DNA from: Eledone cirrhosa
Taxonomy: Eukaryota
Assembly: GCA_964016885.1 (NCBI GenBank)
Contig: OZ024742.1
Location: 346,642,001-346,706,000 of the forward strand
Reading direction: 5' to 3'
Length of the DNA: 64,000 nucleotides
The position numbers and the translations under genes are program-made. Position 1 is the stretch's first letter. Each line of letters starts with the position of its first letter. Shown here piece after piece: positions 32,701 to 47,949 of the stretch. The notes under the pieces are model-generated. The model worked only from the letters and a program-made list of their open reading frames with translations, did not search any database and was not told the origin of the DNA.

Positions 32701-35700
32701 TAAGATAGTTGTATTATAAGCATACATTAAGATACTTGTATTATAAGCCTACATTAAGATACTTGTAATATAAGCCAACATTAAGATACTTGTATTATAA
32801 GCCTACATTAAGATACTTGTAATATAAGCCTGCATTAAGATACTTGTATTATAAGCCTACATTAAGATACTTGTATTATAATCCCACATTAAGATACTTG
32901 TAATATAAGCCTACATTAAGATACTTGTATTATAAGCACACATTCAGATACTTGTATTATAAGCCTACATTAAGATACTTGTAATATCAGCCAACATTAA
33001 GATACTTGTAATATAAGTCTACATTAAGATACTCGTAATATAATCCCACATTAAGATACTTGTAATATAAGACTAGGTTAAGATACGTGTAATATAAGCC
33101 AACATTAAGATACTTGTAATATAAGCCTACATTAAGATACTCGTAATATAAGCCTACATTAAGATACTTGTAATATAAGCCAACATTAAGATACTTGTAT
33201 TATAAGCCTACATTAAGATACTTGTAATATAAGCCGACATTAAGATACCTGTATTATAAACCTACATTAAGATACTTGTAATATAAGCCTAAATTAAGAT
33301 AGTTGTATTATAAGCATACATTAAGATACTTGTATTATAAGCCGACATTAAGATACTTGTAATATAAGCCAACATTAAGATACTTGTAATATAAGCCTAC
33401 ATTAAGATACTTGTAATATAAGCCTACATTAAGATACTTGTATTATAAGCCTACATTAAGATACTTGTATTATAATCCCACATTAAGATACTTGTAATAT
33501 AAGCCTACATTAAGATACTTGTATTATAAGCCCACATTCAGATACTTGTATTATAAGCCCACATTAAGATACTTGTAATATAAGCCAACATTAAGATACT
33601 TGTAATATAAGTCTACATTAAGATACTCGTAATATAAGCCTACATTAAGATGCTTGTAATATAAGCCTACATTAAGATACTTGTATTATAAGCCTACATT
33701 AAGATACTTGTAATATAATCCCACATTAAGATACTTGTATTATAAGCCTTCATTAAGATACTTGTAATATAAGCCTACATTAAGATACTTGTATTATAAG
33801 CCTACATTGAGATACTTGTATTATAAGCCCACATTAAGACACTTGTAATATAAGCCAACATTAAGATACTTGTAATATAAGCCTACATTAAGATACTTGT
33901 ATTATAAGCCTACATTAAGATACTTGTAATATAAGCCTACATTAAGATACTTGTATTATAAGCCCACATTAAAATACTTGTATTATAAGCCCACATTAAG
34001 ATACTTGTAATATAAGCCTACATTAAGATATTTGTATTATAAGCCCACATTAAGATACGTGTAATATAAGCCAACATTAAGATACTTGTAATATAAGCCT
34101 AAATTAAGATACTCGTAATATAAGCCTCCATTAAGATACTTTTATTATAAGCCTACATTAAGATACTTGTATTATAAGCCCACATTAAGATACTTGTAAT
34201 ATAAGCCTTCATTAAGATACTTGTAATATAAGTCTACATTAAGATACTTGTAATATAAGCCTACATTAAGATACTTGTATTATAAGCCTACATTAAGATA
34301 CTTGTAATATAAGCCGACATTAAGACACTTGTAATATAAGCGAAAATTAAGATACTTGTAATATAAGCCCACATTAAGATACTTGTAATATAAGCCTTCA
34401 TTAAGATACTTGTATTATAAGCCTACATTAAGATACTTGTATTATAAGCCTACATTAAGATACTTGTATTATAAGCCTACATTAAGATACTTGTAATATA
34501 AGCCTAAATTAAGATAGTTGTATTATAAGCATACATTAAGATACTTGTATTATAAGCCGACATTAAGATACTTGTAATATAAGCCAACATTAAGATACTT
34601 GTATTATAAGCCTACATTAAGATACTTGTAATATAAGCCTCCATTAAGATACTTGTATTATAAGCCTACATTAAGATACTTGTATTATAAGCCCACATTA
34701 AGATACTTGTAATATAAGCCAACATTAAGATACTTGTATTATAAGCCTACATTAAGATACTTGTAATATAAGCCTCCATTAAGATACTTGTATTATAAGC
34801 CTACATTAAGATACTTGTAATATAAGCCAACATTAAGATACTTGTAATATAAGCCAACATTAAGATACTTGTATTATAAGCCTACATTAAGATACTTGTA
34901 ATATAAGCCGACATTAAGATACTTGTAATATATGCGGAAATTAAGATACTTGTAATATAAGCCAACATTAAGATACTTGTAATATAAGCCTTCTTTAAGA
35001 TACCTGTATTATAAGCCTGCATTAAGATACTTGTAATATAACCCTACATTAAGATACATGTATTATAAGCCTACATTAAGATACTTGTAATATAAGCCTA
35101 AATTAAGATAGTTGTATTATAAGCATACATTAAGATACTTGTATTATAAGCCTACATTAAGATACTTGTAATATAAGCCAACATTAAGATACTTGTATTA
35201 TAAGCCTACATTAAGATACTTGTAATATAAGCCTGCATTAAGATACTTGTATTATAAGCCTACATTAAGATACTTGTATTATAATCCCACATTAAGATAC
35301 TTGTAATATAAGCCTACATTAAGATACTTGTATTATAAGCACACATTCAGATACTTGTATTATAAGCCTACATTAAGATACTTGTAATATAAGCCAACAT
35401 TAAGATACTTGTAATATAAGTCTACATTAAGATACTCGTAATATAAGCCTACATTAAGATGCTTGTAATATAAGCCTACATTAAGATACTTGTAATATAA
35501 TCCTACATTAAGATACTTGTAATATAAGCCTACATTAAGATACTCGTAATATAAGCCTACATTAAGATACTTGTATTATAAGCCTACATTAAGATACTTG
35601 TAATATAATCCCACATTAAGATACTTGTATTATAAGCCTTCATTAAGATACTTGTAATATAAGCCTACATTAAGATACTTGTATTATAAGCCTACATTGA

Positions 35701-36186
35701 GATACTTGTATTATAAGCCCACATTAAGACACTTGTAATATAAGCCAACATTAAGATACTTGTAATATAAGCCTCCATTAAGATACTTGTATTATAAGCC
35801 TACATTAAGATACTTGTAATATAAGCCTACATTAAGATACTTGTATTATAAGCCTTCATTAAGATACTTGTAATATAAGCCTACATTAAGATACTTGTAT
35901 TATAAGCCTTCATTGAGATACTTGTATTATAAGCCAACATTAAGACACTTGTAATATAAGCCTACATTAAGATACTTGTATTATAAGTCTACATTAAGAG
36001 ACTTGTAATATAAGCCGACATTAAGATACTTGTATTATAAGCCTACATTAAGATACTTGTAATATAAGCCTACATTAAGATACTTGTATTATAAGCCTAC
36101 ATTAAGATACTTGCATTATAAGCCCACATTAAGATACTTGTAATATAAGCCTACATTAAGATACTTGTATTATAATCCTACATTAA

Positions 36187-36192
36187 GATTAA
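36187..36192. repeat. 6-bp micro-duplication, second copy
   Basis: CATTAAGATTAAGATACTTG at 36181; register shifts by +6. Confidence 0.97.
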
Positions 36193-39100
36193 GATACTTG
36201 TATTATAAGCCCACATTAAGATACTTGTAATATAATCCCACATTAAGATACTTGTAATATAATCCCACGTTACGATACGTGTAAAATAAGCCAACATTAA
36301 GATACTTGTAATATAAGCCTACATTAAGATACTCGTAATATAAGCCTACATTAAGATACTTGTAATATAAGCCAACATTAAGATACTTGTAATATAAGCC
36401 CACATTAAGATACTTGTAATATAAGCCAACATTAAGATACTTGTATTATAAGCCTACATTAAAATACTTGTAATATAAGCCGACATTAAGATACTTGTAA
36501 TATAAGCCTTCATTAAGATACTTATAATATAAGCCAACATTAAGATATTTGTATTATAATCCTACATTAAGATACTTGTAATATAAGCCTACATTAAGAT
36601 AATTGTATTATAAGCCTACATTAAGATACTTGTAATATAAGCCTAAATTAAGATACTTGTATTATAAGCGCACATTAAGATACTTGTAATATAAGCCAAC
36701 ATTAAGATACTTGTATTATAAGCCTACATTAAGATACTTGGAATATAAGCCTACATTAAGATACTTGTATTATAAGCCAATATTAAGATACTTGTATTAT
36801 AATCCCACATTAAGATACTTGTAATATAAGCTTACATTAAGAGACTTGTATTATAAGCCGACATTAAGATACTTGTATTATAATCCCACATTAAGATACT
36901 TGTAATATAAGCCTACATTAAGATACTTGTATTATAAGTCCACATTAAGATACGTGTAATATAAGCCAACATTAAGATACTTGTAATATAAGCCTAAATT
37001 AAGATGCTCGTAATATAAGCCTCCATTAAGATACTTGTATTATAAGCCTACATTAAGATACTTGTATTATAAGCCAACATTAAGATACTTGTAATATAAG
37101 CCTTCATTAAGATACTTGTAATATAAGTCTACATTAAGATACTTGTAATATAAGCCTACATAAAGATACTTGTATTATAAGCCTACATTAAGATACTTGT
37201 ATTATAAGCCTACATTAAGATACTTGTAATATAAGCCAACATTAAGATACTTGTAATATAAGCCAACATTAAGATACTTGTATTATAAGCCTACATTAAG
37301 ATACTTGTAATATAAGCCCACATTAAGATACTTGTAATATAAGCCTACATTAAGATACGTGTAATATAAGCCTACATTAAGATACTTGTAATATAAGCCT
37401 ACATTAAGATACATGTAATATAAGCCTACATTAAGATACTTGTAATATAAGCCTACATTAAGATACTTGTATTATAAGCCAACATTAAGATACTTGTATT
37501 ATAATCCCACATTAAGATACTTGTAATATAAGCCTACATTAAGATACTTGTATTATAAGCCCACATTCAGATACTTGTATTATAAGCCCACATTAAGATA
37601 CTTGTAATATAAGCCAACATTAAGATACTTGTAATATAAGTCTACATTAAGATACTCGTAATATAAGCCTACATTAAGATGCTTGTAATATAAGCCTACA
37701 TTAAGATACTTGTATTATAAGCCTACATTAAGATACTTGTAATATAATCCCACATTAAGATACTTGTATTATAAGCCTTCATTAAGATACTTGTAATATA
37801 AGCCTACATTAAGATACTTGTATTATAAGCCTACATTGAGATACTTGTATTATAAGCCCACATTAAGACACTTGTAATATAAGCCAACATTAAGATACTT
37901 GTAATATAAGCCTACATTAAGATACTTGTATTATAAGCCTACATTAAGATACTTGTGATATAAGCCTACATTAAGATACTTGTATTATAAGCCCACATTA
38001 AAATACTTGTATTATAAGCCCACATTAAGATACTTGTAATATAAGCCTACATTAAGATACTTGTATTATAAGCCCACATTAAGATACGTGTAATATAAGC
38101 CAACATTAAGATACTTGTAATATAAGCCTAAATTAAGATACTCGTAATATAAGCCTCCATTAAGATACTTTTATTATAAGCCTACATTAAGATACTTGTA
38201 TTATAAGCCCACATTAAGATACTTGTAATATAAGCCTTCATTAAGATACTTGTAATATAAGTCTACATTAAGATACTTGTAATATAAGCCTACATTAAGA
38301 TACTTGTATTATAAGCCTACATTAAGATACTTGTAATATAAGCCGACATTAAGACACTTGTAATATAAGCGAAAATTAAGATACTTGTAATATAAGCCCA
38401 CATTAAGATACTTGTAATATAAGCCTTCATTAAGATACTTGTATTATAAGCCTACATTAAGATACTTGTATTATAAGCCTACATTAAGATACTTGTATTA
38501 TAAGCCTACATTAAGATACTTGTAATATAAGCCTAAATTAAGATAGTTGTATTATAAGCATACATTAAGATACTTGTATTATAAGCCGACATTAAGATAC
38601 TTGTAATATAAGCCAACATTAAGATACTTGTATTATAAGCCTACATTAAGATACTTGTAATATAAGCCTCCATTAAGATACTTGTATTATAAGCCTACAT
38701 TAAGATACTTGTATTATAAGCCCACATTAAGATACTTGTAATATAAGCCAACATTAAGATACTTGTATTATAAGCCTACATTAAGATACTTGTAATATAA
38801 GCCTCCATTAAGATACTTGTATTATAAGCCTACATTAAGATACTTGTAATATAAGCCAACATTAAGATACTTGTAATATAAGCCAACATTAAGATACTTG
38901 TATTATAAGCCTACATTAAGATACTTGTAATATAAGCCGACATTAAGATACTTGTAATATATGCGGAAATTAAGATACTTGTAATATAAGCCAACATTAA
39001 GATACTTGTAATATAAGCCTTCATTAAGGTACCTGTATTATAAGCCTGCATTAAGATACTTGTAATATAACCCTACATTAAGATACATGTATTATAAGCC

Positions 39101-40215
39101 TACATTAAGATACTTGTAATATAAGCCTAAATTAAGATAGTTGTATTATAAGCATACATTAAGATACTTGTATTATAAGCCTACATTAAGATACTTGTAA
39201 TATAAGCCAACATTAAGATACTTGTATTATAAGCCTACATTAAGATACTTGTAATATAAGCCTGCATTAAGATACTTGTATTATAAGCCTACATTAAGAT
39301 ACTTGTATTATAATCCCACATTAAGATACTTGTAATATAAGCCTACATTAAGATACTTGTATTATAAGCACACATTCAGATACTTGTATTATAAGCCTAC
39401 ATTAAGATACTTGTAATATAAGCCAACATTAAGATACTTGTAATATAAGTCTACATTAAGATACTCGTAATATAAGCCTACATTAAGATGCTTGTAATAT
39501 AAGCCTACATTAAGATACTTGTAATATAATCCTACATTAAGATACTTGTAATATAAGCCTACATTAAGATACTCGTAATATAAGCCTACATTAAGATACT
39601 TGTATTATAAGCCTACATTAAGATACTTGTAATATAATCCCACATTAAGATACTTGTATTATAAGCCTTCATTAAGATACTTGTAATATAAGCCTACATT
39701 AAGATACTTGTATTATAAGCCTACATTGAGATACTTGTATTATAAGCCCACATTAAGACACTTGTAATATAAGCCAACATTAAGATACTTGTAATATAAG
39801 CCTCCATTAAGATACTTGTATTATAAGCCTACATTAAGATACTTGTAATATAAGCCTACATTAAGATACTTGTATTATAAGCCTTCATTAAGATACTTGT
39901 AATATAAGCCTACATTAAGATACTTGTATTATAAGCCTTCATTGAGATACTTGTATTATAAGCCAACATTAAGACACTTGTAATATAAGCCTACATTAAG
40001 ATACTTGTATTATAAGTCTACATTAAGAGACTTGTAATATAAGCCGACATTAAGATACTTGTATTATAAGCCTACATTAAGATACTTGTAATATAAGCCT
40101 ACATTAAGATACTTGTATTATAAGCCTACATTAAGATACTTGCATTATAAGCCCACATTAAGATACTTGTAATATAAGCCTACATTAAGATACTTGTATT
40201 ATAATCCTACATTAA

Positions 40216-40221
40216 GATTAA
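40216..40221. repeat. 6-bp micro-duplication, third copy (followed by GATACTTTT variant)
   Basis: ATTAAGATTAAGATACTTTT at 40211. Confidence 0.97.
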
Positions 40222-43200
40222 GATACTTTTATTATAAGCCCACATTAAGATACTTGTAATATAATCCCACATTAAGATACTTGTAATATAATCCCACGTT
40301 ACGATACGTGTAAAATAAGCCAACATTAAGATACTTGTAATATAAGCCTACATTAAGATACTCGTAATATAAGCCTACATTAAGATACTTGTAATATAAG
40401 CCAACATTAAGATACTTGTAATATAAGCCCACATTAAGATACTTGTAATATAAGCCAACATTAAGATACTTGTATTATAAGCCTACATTAAAATACTTGT
40501 AATATAAGCCGACATTAAGATACTTGTAATATAAGCCTTCATTAAGATACTTATAATATAAGCCAACATTAAGATATTTGTATTATAATCCTACATTAAG
40601 ATACTTGTAATATAAGCCTACATTAAGATAATTGTATTATAAGCCTACATTAAGATACTTGTAATATAAGCCTAAATTAAGATACTTGTATTATAAGCGC
40701 ACATTAAGATACTTGTAATATAAGCCAACATTAAGATACTTGTATTATAAGCCTACATTAAGATACTTGGAATATAAGCCTACATTAAGATACTTGTATT
40801 ATAAGCCAATATTAAGATACTTGTATTATAATCCCACATTAAGATACTTGTAATATAAGCTTACATTAAGATACTTGTATTATAAGCCGACATTAAGATA
40901 CTTGTATTATAATCCCACATTAAGATACTTGTAATATAAGCCTACATTAAGATACTTGTATTATAAGTCCACATTAAGATACGTGTAATATAAGCCAACA
41001 TTAAGATACTTGTAATATAAGCCTAAATTAAGATGCTCGTAATATAAGCCTCCATTAAGATACTTGTATTATAAGCCTACATTAAGATACTTGTATTATA
41101 AGCCAACATTAAGATACTTGTAATATAAGCCTTCATTAAGATACTTGTCATATAAGTCTACATTAAGATACTTGTAATATAAGCCTACATAAAGATACTT
41201 GTATTATAAGCCTACATTAAGATACTTGTATTATAAGCCTACATTAAGATACTTGTAATATAAGCCAACATTAAGATACTTGTAATATAAGCCAACATTA
41301 AGATACTTGTATTATAAGCCTACATTAAGATACTTGTAATATAAGCCCACATTAAGATACTTGTAATATAAGCCTACATTAAGATACGTGTAATATAAGC
41401 CTACATTAAGATACTTGTAATATAAGCCTACATTAAGATACATGTAATATAAGCCTTCATTAAGATACTTGTAATATAAGCCTACTTTAAGATACTTGTA
41501 TTATAAGCCTACATTAAGATACTTGTATTATAAGCCCACATTAAGACACTTGTAATATAAGCCTACATTAAGATACTTGTATTATAAGTCTACATTAAGA
41601 TACTTGTAATATAAGCCCGCATTAAGATACTTGTATTATAAGCCTAAATTAAGATACTTGTAATATAAGACTACATTAAGATACTTGTATTATAACCCTA
41701 CATTAAGATACTTGCATTATAAGTCCACATTAAGATACTTGTAATATAAGCCTACATTAAGATACTTGTATTATAAGCCTACATTAAGATACTTGTATTA
41801 TAAGCCCACATTAAGATACTTGTAATATAATCTCACATTAAGATACTTGTAATATAATCCCACATTAAGATACTTGTTATATAATCCAACATTAAGATAC
41901 TTGTAATATAAGCCTACATTAAGATACTTGTAATATAATCCCACATTAAGATACTTGTAATATAAGCCTAGGTTAAGATACGTGTAATATAAGCCAACAT
42001 TAAGATACTTGTAATGTAAGCCTACATTAAGATACTCGTAATATAAGCCTACATTAAGATACTTGTAATATAAGCCAACATTAAGATACTTGTATTATAA
42101 GCCTACATTAAGATACTTGTAATATAAGCCGACATTAAGATACTTGTAATATATGCAAAAATTAAGATACTTGTAATATAAGCCCACATTAAGATACTTG
42201 TAATATAAGCCTTCATTAAGATACCTGTATTATAAACCTACATTAAGATACTTGTAATATAAGCCTAAATTAAGATAGTTGTATTATAAGCATACATTAA
42301 GATACTTGTATTATAAGCCGACATTAAGATACTTGTAATATAAGCCAACATTAAGATACTTGTAATATAAGCCTACATTAAGATACTTGTAATATAAGCC
42401 TACATTAAGATACTTGTATTATAAGCCTACATTAAGATACTTGTATTATAATCCCACATTAAGATACTTGTAATATAAGCCTACATTAAGATACTTGTAT
42501 TATAAGCCCACATTCAGATACTTGTATTATAAGCCCACATTAAGATACTTGTAATATAAGCCAACATTAAGATACTTGTAATATAAGTCTACATTAAGAT
42601 ACTCGTAATATAAGCCTACATTAAGATGCTTGTAATATAAGCCTACATTAAGATACTTGTAATATAATCCTACATTAAGATACTTGTAATATAAGCCTAC
42701 ATTAAGATACTCGTAATATAAGCCTACATTAAGATACTTGTATTATAAGCCTACATTAAGATACTTGTAATATAATCCCACATTAAGATACTTGTATTAT
42801 AAGCCTTCATTAAGATACTTGTAATATAAGCCTACATTAAGATACTTGTATTATAAGCCTACATTGAGATACTTGTATTATAAGCCCACATTAAGACACT
42901 TGTAATATAAGCCAACATTAAGATACTTGTAATATAAGCCTACATTAAGATACTTGTATTATAAGCCTACATTAAGATACTTGTAATATAAGCCTACATT
43001 AAGATACTTGTATTATAAGCCCACATTAAAATACTTGTATTATAAGCCCACATTAAGATACTTGTAATATAAGCCTACATTAAGATACTTGTATTATAAG
43101 CCCACATTAAGATACGTGTAATATAAGCCAACATTAAGATACTTGTAATATAAGCCTAAATTAAGATACTCGTAATATAAGCCTCCATTAAGATACTTTT

Positions 43201-46200
43201 ATTATAAGCCTACATTAAGATACTTGTATTATAAGCCCACATTAAGATACTTGTAATATAAGCCTTCATTAAGATACTTGTAATATAAGTCTACATTAAG
43301 ATACTTGTAATATAAGCCTACATTAAGATACTTGTATTATAAGCCTACATTAAGATACTTGTAATATAAGCCGACATTAAGACACTTGTAATATAAGCCT
43401 AAATTAAGATAGTTGTATTATAAGCATACATTAAGATACTTGTATTATAAGCCGACATTAAGATACTTGTATTATAAGCCTACATTAAGATACTTGTAAT
43501 ATAAGCCTAAATTAAGATAGTTGTATTATAAGCATACATTAAGATACTTGTATTATAAGCCGACATTAAGATACTTGTAATATAAGCCAACATTAAGATA
43601 CTTGTATTATAAGCCTACATTAAGATACTTGTAATATAAGCCTCCATTAAGATACTTGTATTATAAGCCTACATTAAGATACTTGTATTATAAGCCCACA
43701 TTAAGATACTTGTAATATAAGCCAACATTAAGATACTTGTATTATAAGCCTACATTAAGATACTTGTAATATAAGCCTCCATTAAGATACTTGTATTATA
43801 AGCCTACATTAAGATACTTGTATTATAAGCCCACATTAAGATACTTGTAATATAAGCCTTCATTAAGATACTTGTAATATAAGTCTACATTAAGATACTT
43901 GTAATATAAGCCTACATTAAGATACTTGTATTATAAGCCTACATTAAGATACTTGTATTATAAGCCCACATTAAGATACTTGTAATATAAGCCTACATTT
44001 AGATACTTGTAATATAAGCCAACATTAAGATACTTGTAATATAAGCCAACATTAAGATACTTGTATTATAAGCCTACATTAAGATACTTGTAATATAAGC
44101 CTACATTAAGATACTTGTAATATAAGCCTACATTAAGATACGTGTAATATAAGCCTACATTAAGATACTTGTAATATAAGCCTTAATTAAGATACATGTA
44201 TTATAAGCCTTCATTAAGAAACTTGTAATATAAGCCTACATTAAGATACTTGTATTATAAGCCTACATTAAGATACTTGTATTATAAGCCCACATTAAGA
44301 CACTTGTAATATAAGCCTACATTAAGATACTTGTATTATAAGTCTACATTATTATACTTGTAATATAAGCCCACATTAAGTTACTTGTATTATAAGCCTA
44401 CATTAAGATACTTGTAATATAAGCCTACATTAAGATACTTGTATCATAAGCCTACATTAAGATACTTGCATTATAAGTCCACATTAAGATACTTGTAATA
44501 TAAGCCAATATTAAGATACTTGTATTATAATCCCACATTAAGATACTTGTAATATAAGCTTACATTAAGAGACTTGTATTATAAGCCGACATTAAGATAC
44601 TTGTATTATAATCCCACATTAAGATACTTGTAATATAAGCCTACATTAAGATACTTGTATTATAAGTCCACATTAAGATACGTGTAATATAAGCCAACAT
44701 TAAGATACTTGTAATATAAGCCTAAATTAAGATGCTCGTAATATAAGCCTCCATTAAGATACTTGTATTATAAGCCTACATTAAGATACTTGTATTATAA
44801 GCCAACATTAAGATACTTGTAATATAAGCCTTCATTAAGATACTTGTAATATAAGTCTACATTAAGATACTTGTAATATAAGCCTACATAAAGATACTTG
44901 TATTATAAGCCTACATTAAGATACTTGTATTATAAGCCTACATTAAGATACTTGTAATATAAGCCAACATTAAGATACTTGTAATATAAGCCAACATTAA
45001 GATACTTGTATTATAAGCCTACATTAAGATACTTGTAATATAAGCCCACATTAAGATACTTGTAATATAAGCCTACATTAAGATACGTGTAATATAAGCC
45101 TACATTAAGATACTTGTAATATAAGCCTACATTAAGATACATGTAATATAAGCCTACATTAAGATACTTGTAATATAAGCCTACATTAAGATACTTGTAT
45201 TATAAGCCAACATTAAGATACTTGTATTATAATCCCACATTAAGATACTTGTAATATAAGCCTACATTAAGATACTTGTATTATAAGCCCACATTCAGAT
45301 ACTTGTATTATAAGCCCACATTAAGATACTTGTAATATAAGCCAACATTAAGATACTTGTAATATAAGTCTACATTAAGATACTCGTAATATAAGCCTAC
45401 ATTAAGATGCTTGTAATATAAGCCTACATTAAGATACTTGTATTATAAGCCTACATTAAGATACTTGTAATATAATCCCACATTAAGATACTTGTATTAT
45501 AAGCCTTCATTAAGATACTTGTAATATAAGCCTACATTAAGATACTTGTATTATAAGCCTACATTGAGATACTTGTATTATAAGCCCACATTAAGACACT
45601 TGTAATATAAGCCAACATTAAGATACTTGTAATATAAGCCTACATTAAGATACTTGTATTATAAGCCTACATTAAGATACTTGTGATATAAGCCTACATT
45701 AAGATACTTGTATTATAAGCCCACATTAAAATACTTGTATTATAAGCCCACATTAAGATACTTGTAATATAAGCCTACATTAAGATACTTGTATTATAAG
45801 CCCACATTAAGATACGTGTAATATAAGCCAACATTAAGATACTTGTAATATAAGCCTAAATTAAGATACTCGTAATATAAGCCTCCATTAAGATACTTTT
45901 ATTATAAGCCTACATTAAGATACTTGTATTATAAGCCCACATTAAGATACTTGTAATATAAGCCTTCATTAAGATACTTGTAATATAAGTCTACATTAAG
46001 ATACTTGTAATATAAGCCTACATTAAGATACTTGTATTATAAGCCTACATTAAGATACTTGTAATATAAGCCGACATTAAGACACTTGTAATATAAGCGA
46101 AAATTAAGATACTTGTAATATAAGCCCACATTAAGATACTTGTAATATAAGCCTTCATTAAGATACTTGTATTATAAGCCTACATTAAGATACTTGTATT

Positions 46201-47943
46201 ATAAGCCTACATTAAGATACTTGTATTATAAGCCTACATTAAGATACTTGTAATATAAGCCTAAATTAAGATAGTTGTATTATAAGCATACATTAAGATA
46301 CTTGTATTATAAGCCGACATTAAGATACTTGTAATATAAGCCAACATTAAGATACTTGTATTATAAGCCTACATTAAGATACTTGTAATATAAGCCTCCA
46401 TTAAGATACTTGTATTATAAGCCTACATTAAGATACTTGTATTATAAGCCCACATTAAGATACTTGTAATATAAGCCAACATTAAGATACTTGTATTATA
46501 AGCCTACATTAAGATACTTGTAATATAAGCCTCCATTAAGATACTTGTATTATAAGCCTACATTAAGATACTTGTAATATAAGCCAACATTAAGATACTT
46601 GTAATATAAGCCAACATTAAGATACTTGTATTATAAGCCTACATTAAGATACTTGTAATATAAGCCGACATTAAGATACTTGTAATATATGCGGAAATTA
46701 AGATACTTGTAATATAAGCCAACATTAAGATACTTGTAATATAAGCCTTCATTAAGGTACCTGTATTATAAGCCTGCATTAAGATACTTGTAATATAACC
46801 CTACATTAAGATACATGTATTATAAGCCTACATTAAGATACTTGTAATATAAGCCTAAATTAAGATAGTTGTATTATAAGCATACATTAAGATACTTGTA
46901 TTATAAGCCTACATTAAGATACTTGTAATATAAGCCAACATTAAGATACTTGTATTATAAGCCTACATTAAGATACTTGTAATATAAGCCTGCATTAAGA
47001 TACTTGTATTATAAGCCTACATTAAGATACTTGTATTATAATCCCACATTAAGATACTTGTAATATAAGCCTACATTAAGATACTTGTATTATAAGCACA
47101 CATTCAGATACTTGTATTATAAGCCTACATTAAGATACTTGTAATATAAGCCAACATTAAGATACTTGTAATATAAGTCTACATTAAGATACTCGTAATA
47201 TAAGCCTACATTAAGATGCTTGTAATATAAGCCTACATTAAGATACTTGTAATATAATCCTACATTAAGATACTTGTAATATAAGCCTACATTAAGATAC
47301 TCGTAATATAAGCCTACATTAAGATACTTGTATTATAAGCCTACATTAAGATACTTGTAATATAATCCCACATTAAGATACTTGTATTATAAGCCTTCAT
47401 TAAGATACTTGTAATATAAGCCTACATTAAGATACTTGTATTATAAGCCTACATTGAGATACTTGTATTATAAGCCCACATTAAGACACTTGTAATATAA
47501 GCCAACATTAAGATACTTGTAATATAAGCCTCCATTAAGATACTTGTATTATAAGCCTACATTAAGATACTTGTAATATAAGCCTACATTAAGATACTTG
47601 TATTATAAGCCTTCATTAAGATACTTGTAATATAAGCCTACATTAAGATACTTGTATTATAAGCCTTCATTGAGATACTTGTATTATAAGCCAACATTAA
47701 GACACTTGTAATATAAGCCTACATTAAGATACTTGTATTATAAGTCTACATTAAGAGACTTGTAATATAAGCCGACATTAAGATACTTGTATTATAAGCC
47801 TACATTAAGATACTTGTAATATAAGCCTACATTAAGATACTTGTATTATAAGCCTACATTAAGATACTTGCATTATAAGCCCACATTAAGATACTTGTAA
47901 TATAAGCCTACATTAAGATACTTGTATTATAATCCTACATTAA

Positions 47944-47949
47944 GATTAA
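47944..47949. repeat. 6-bp micro-duplication, fourth copy (followed by GATACTTTT variant)
   Basis: TAAGATTAAGATACTTTT at 47941. Confidence 0.97.

Larger units (their letters stand above)
26630..39470. repeat. Tandem block duplication, unit about 6.4 kb (offset 6432 = 238 monomers + 6 bp), junction near 33040
   Basis: GATATTTGTATTATAAGCCCAC 27595/34027; 6-bp insertion 29755/36187; GACTAGGTT 26666/33071 (offset 27 bp shorter, showing a one-monomer indel); hybrid monomer at 33028. Confidence 0.85.
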
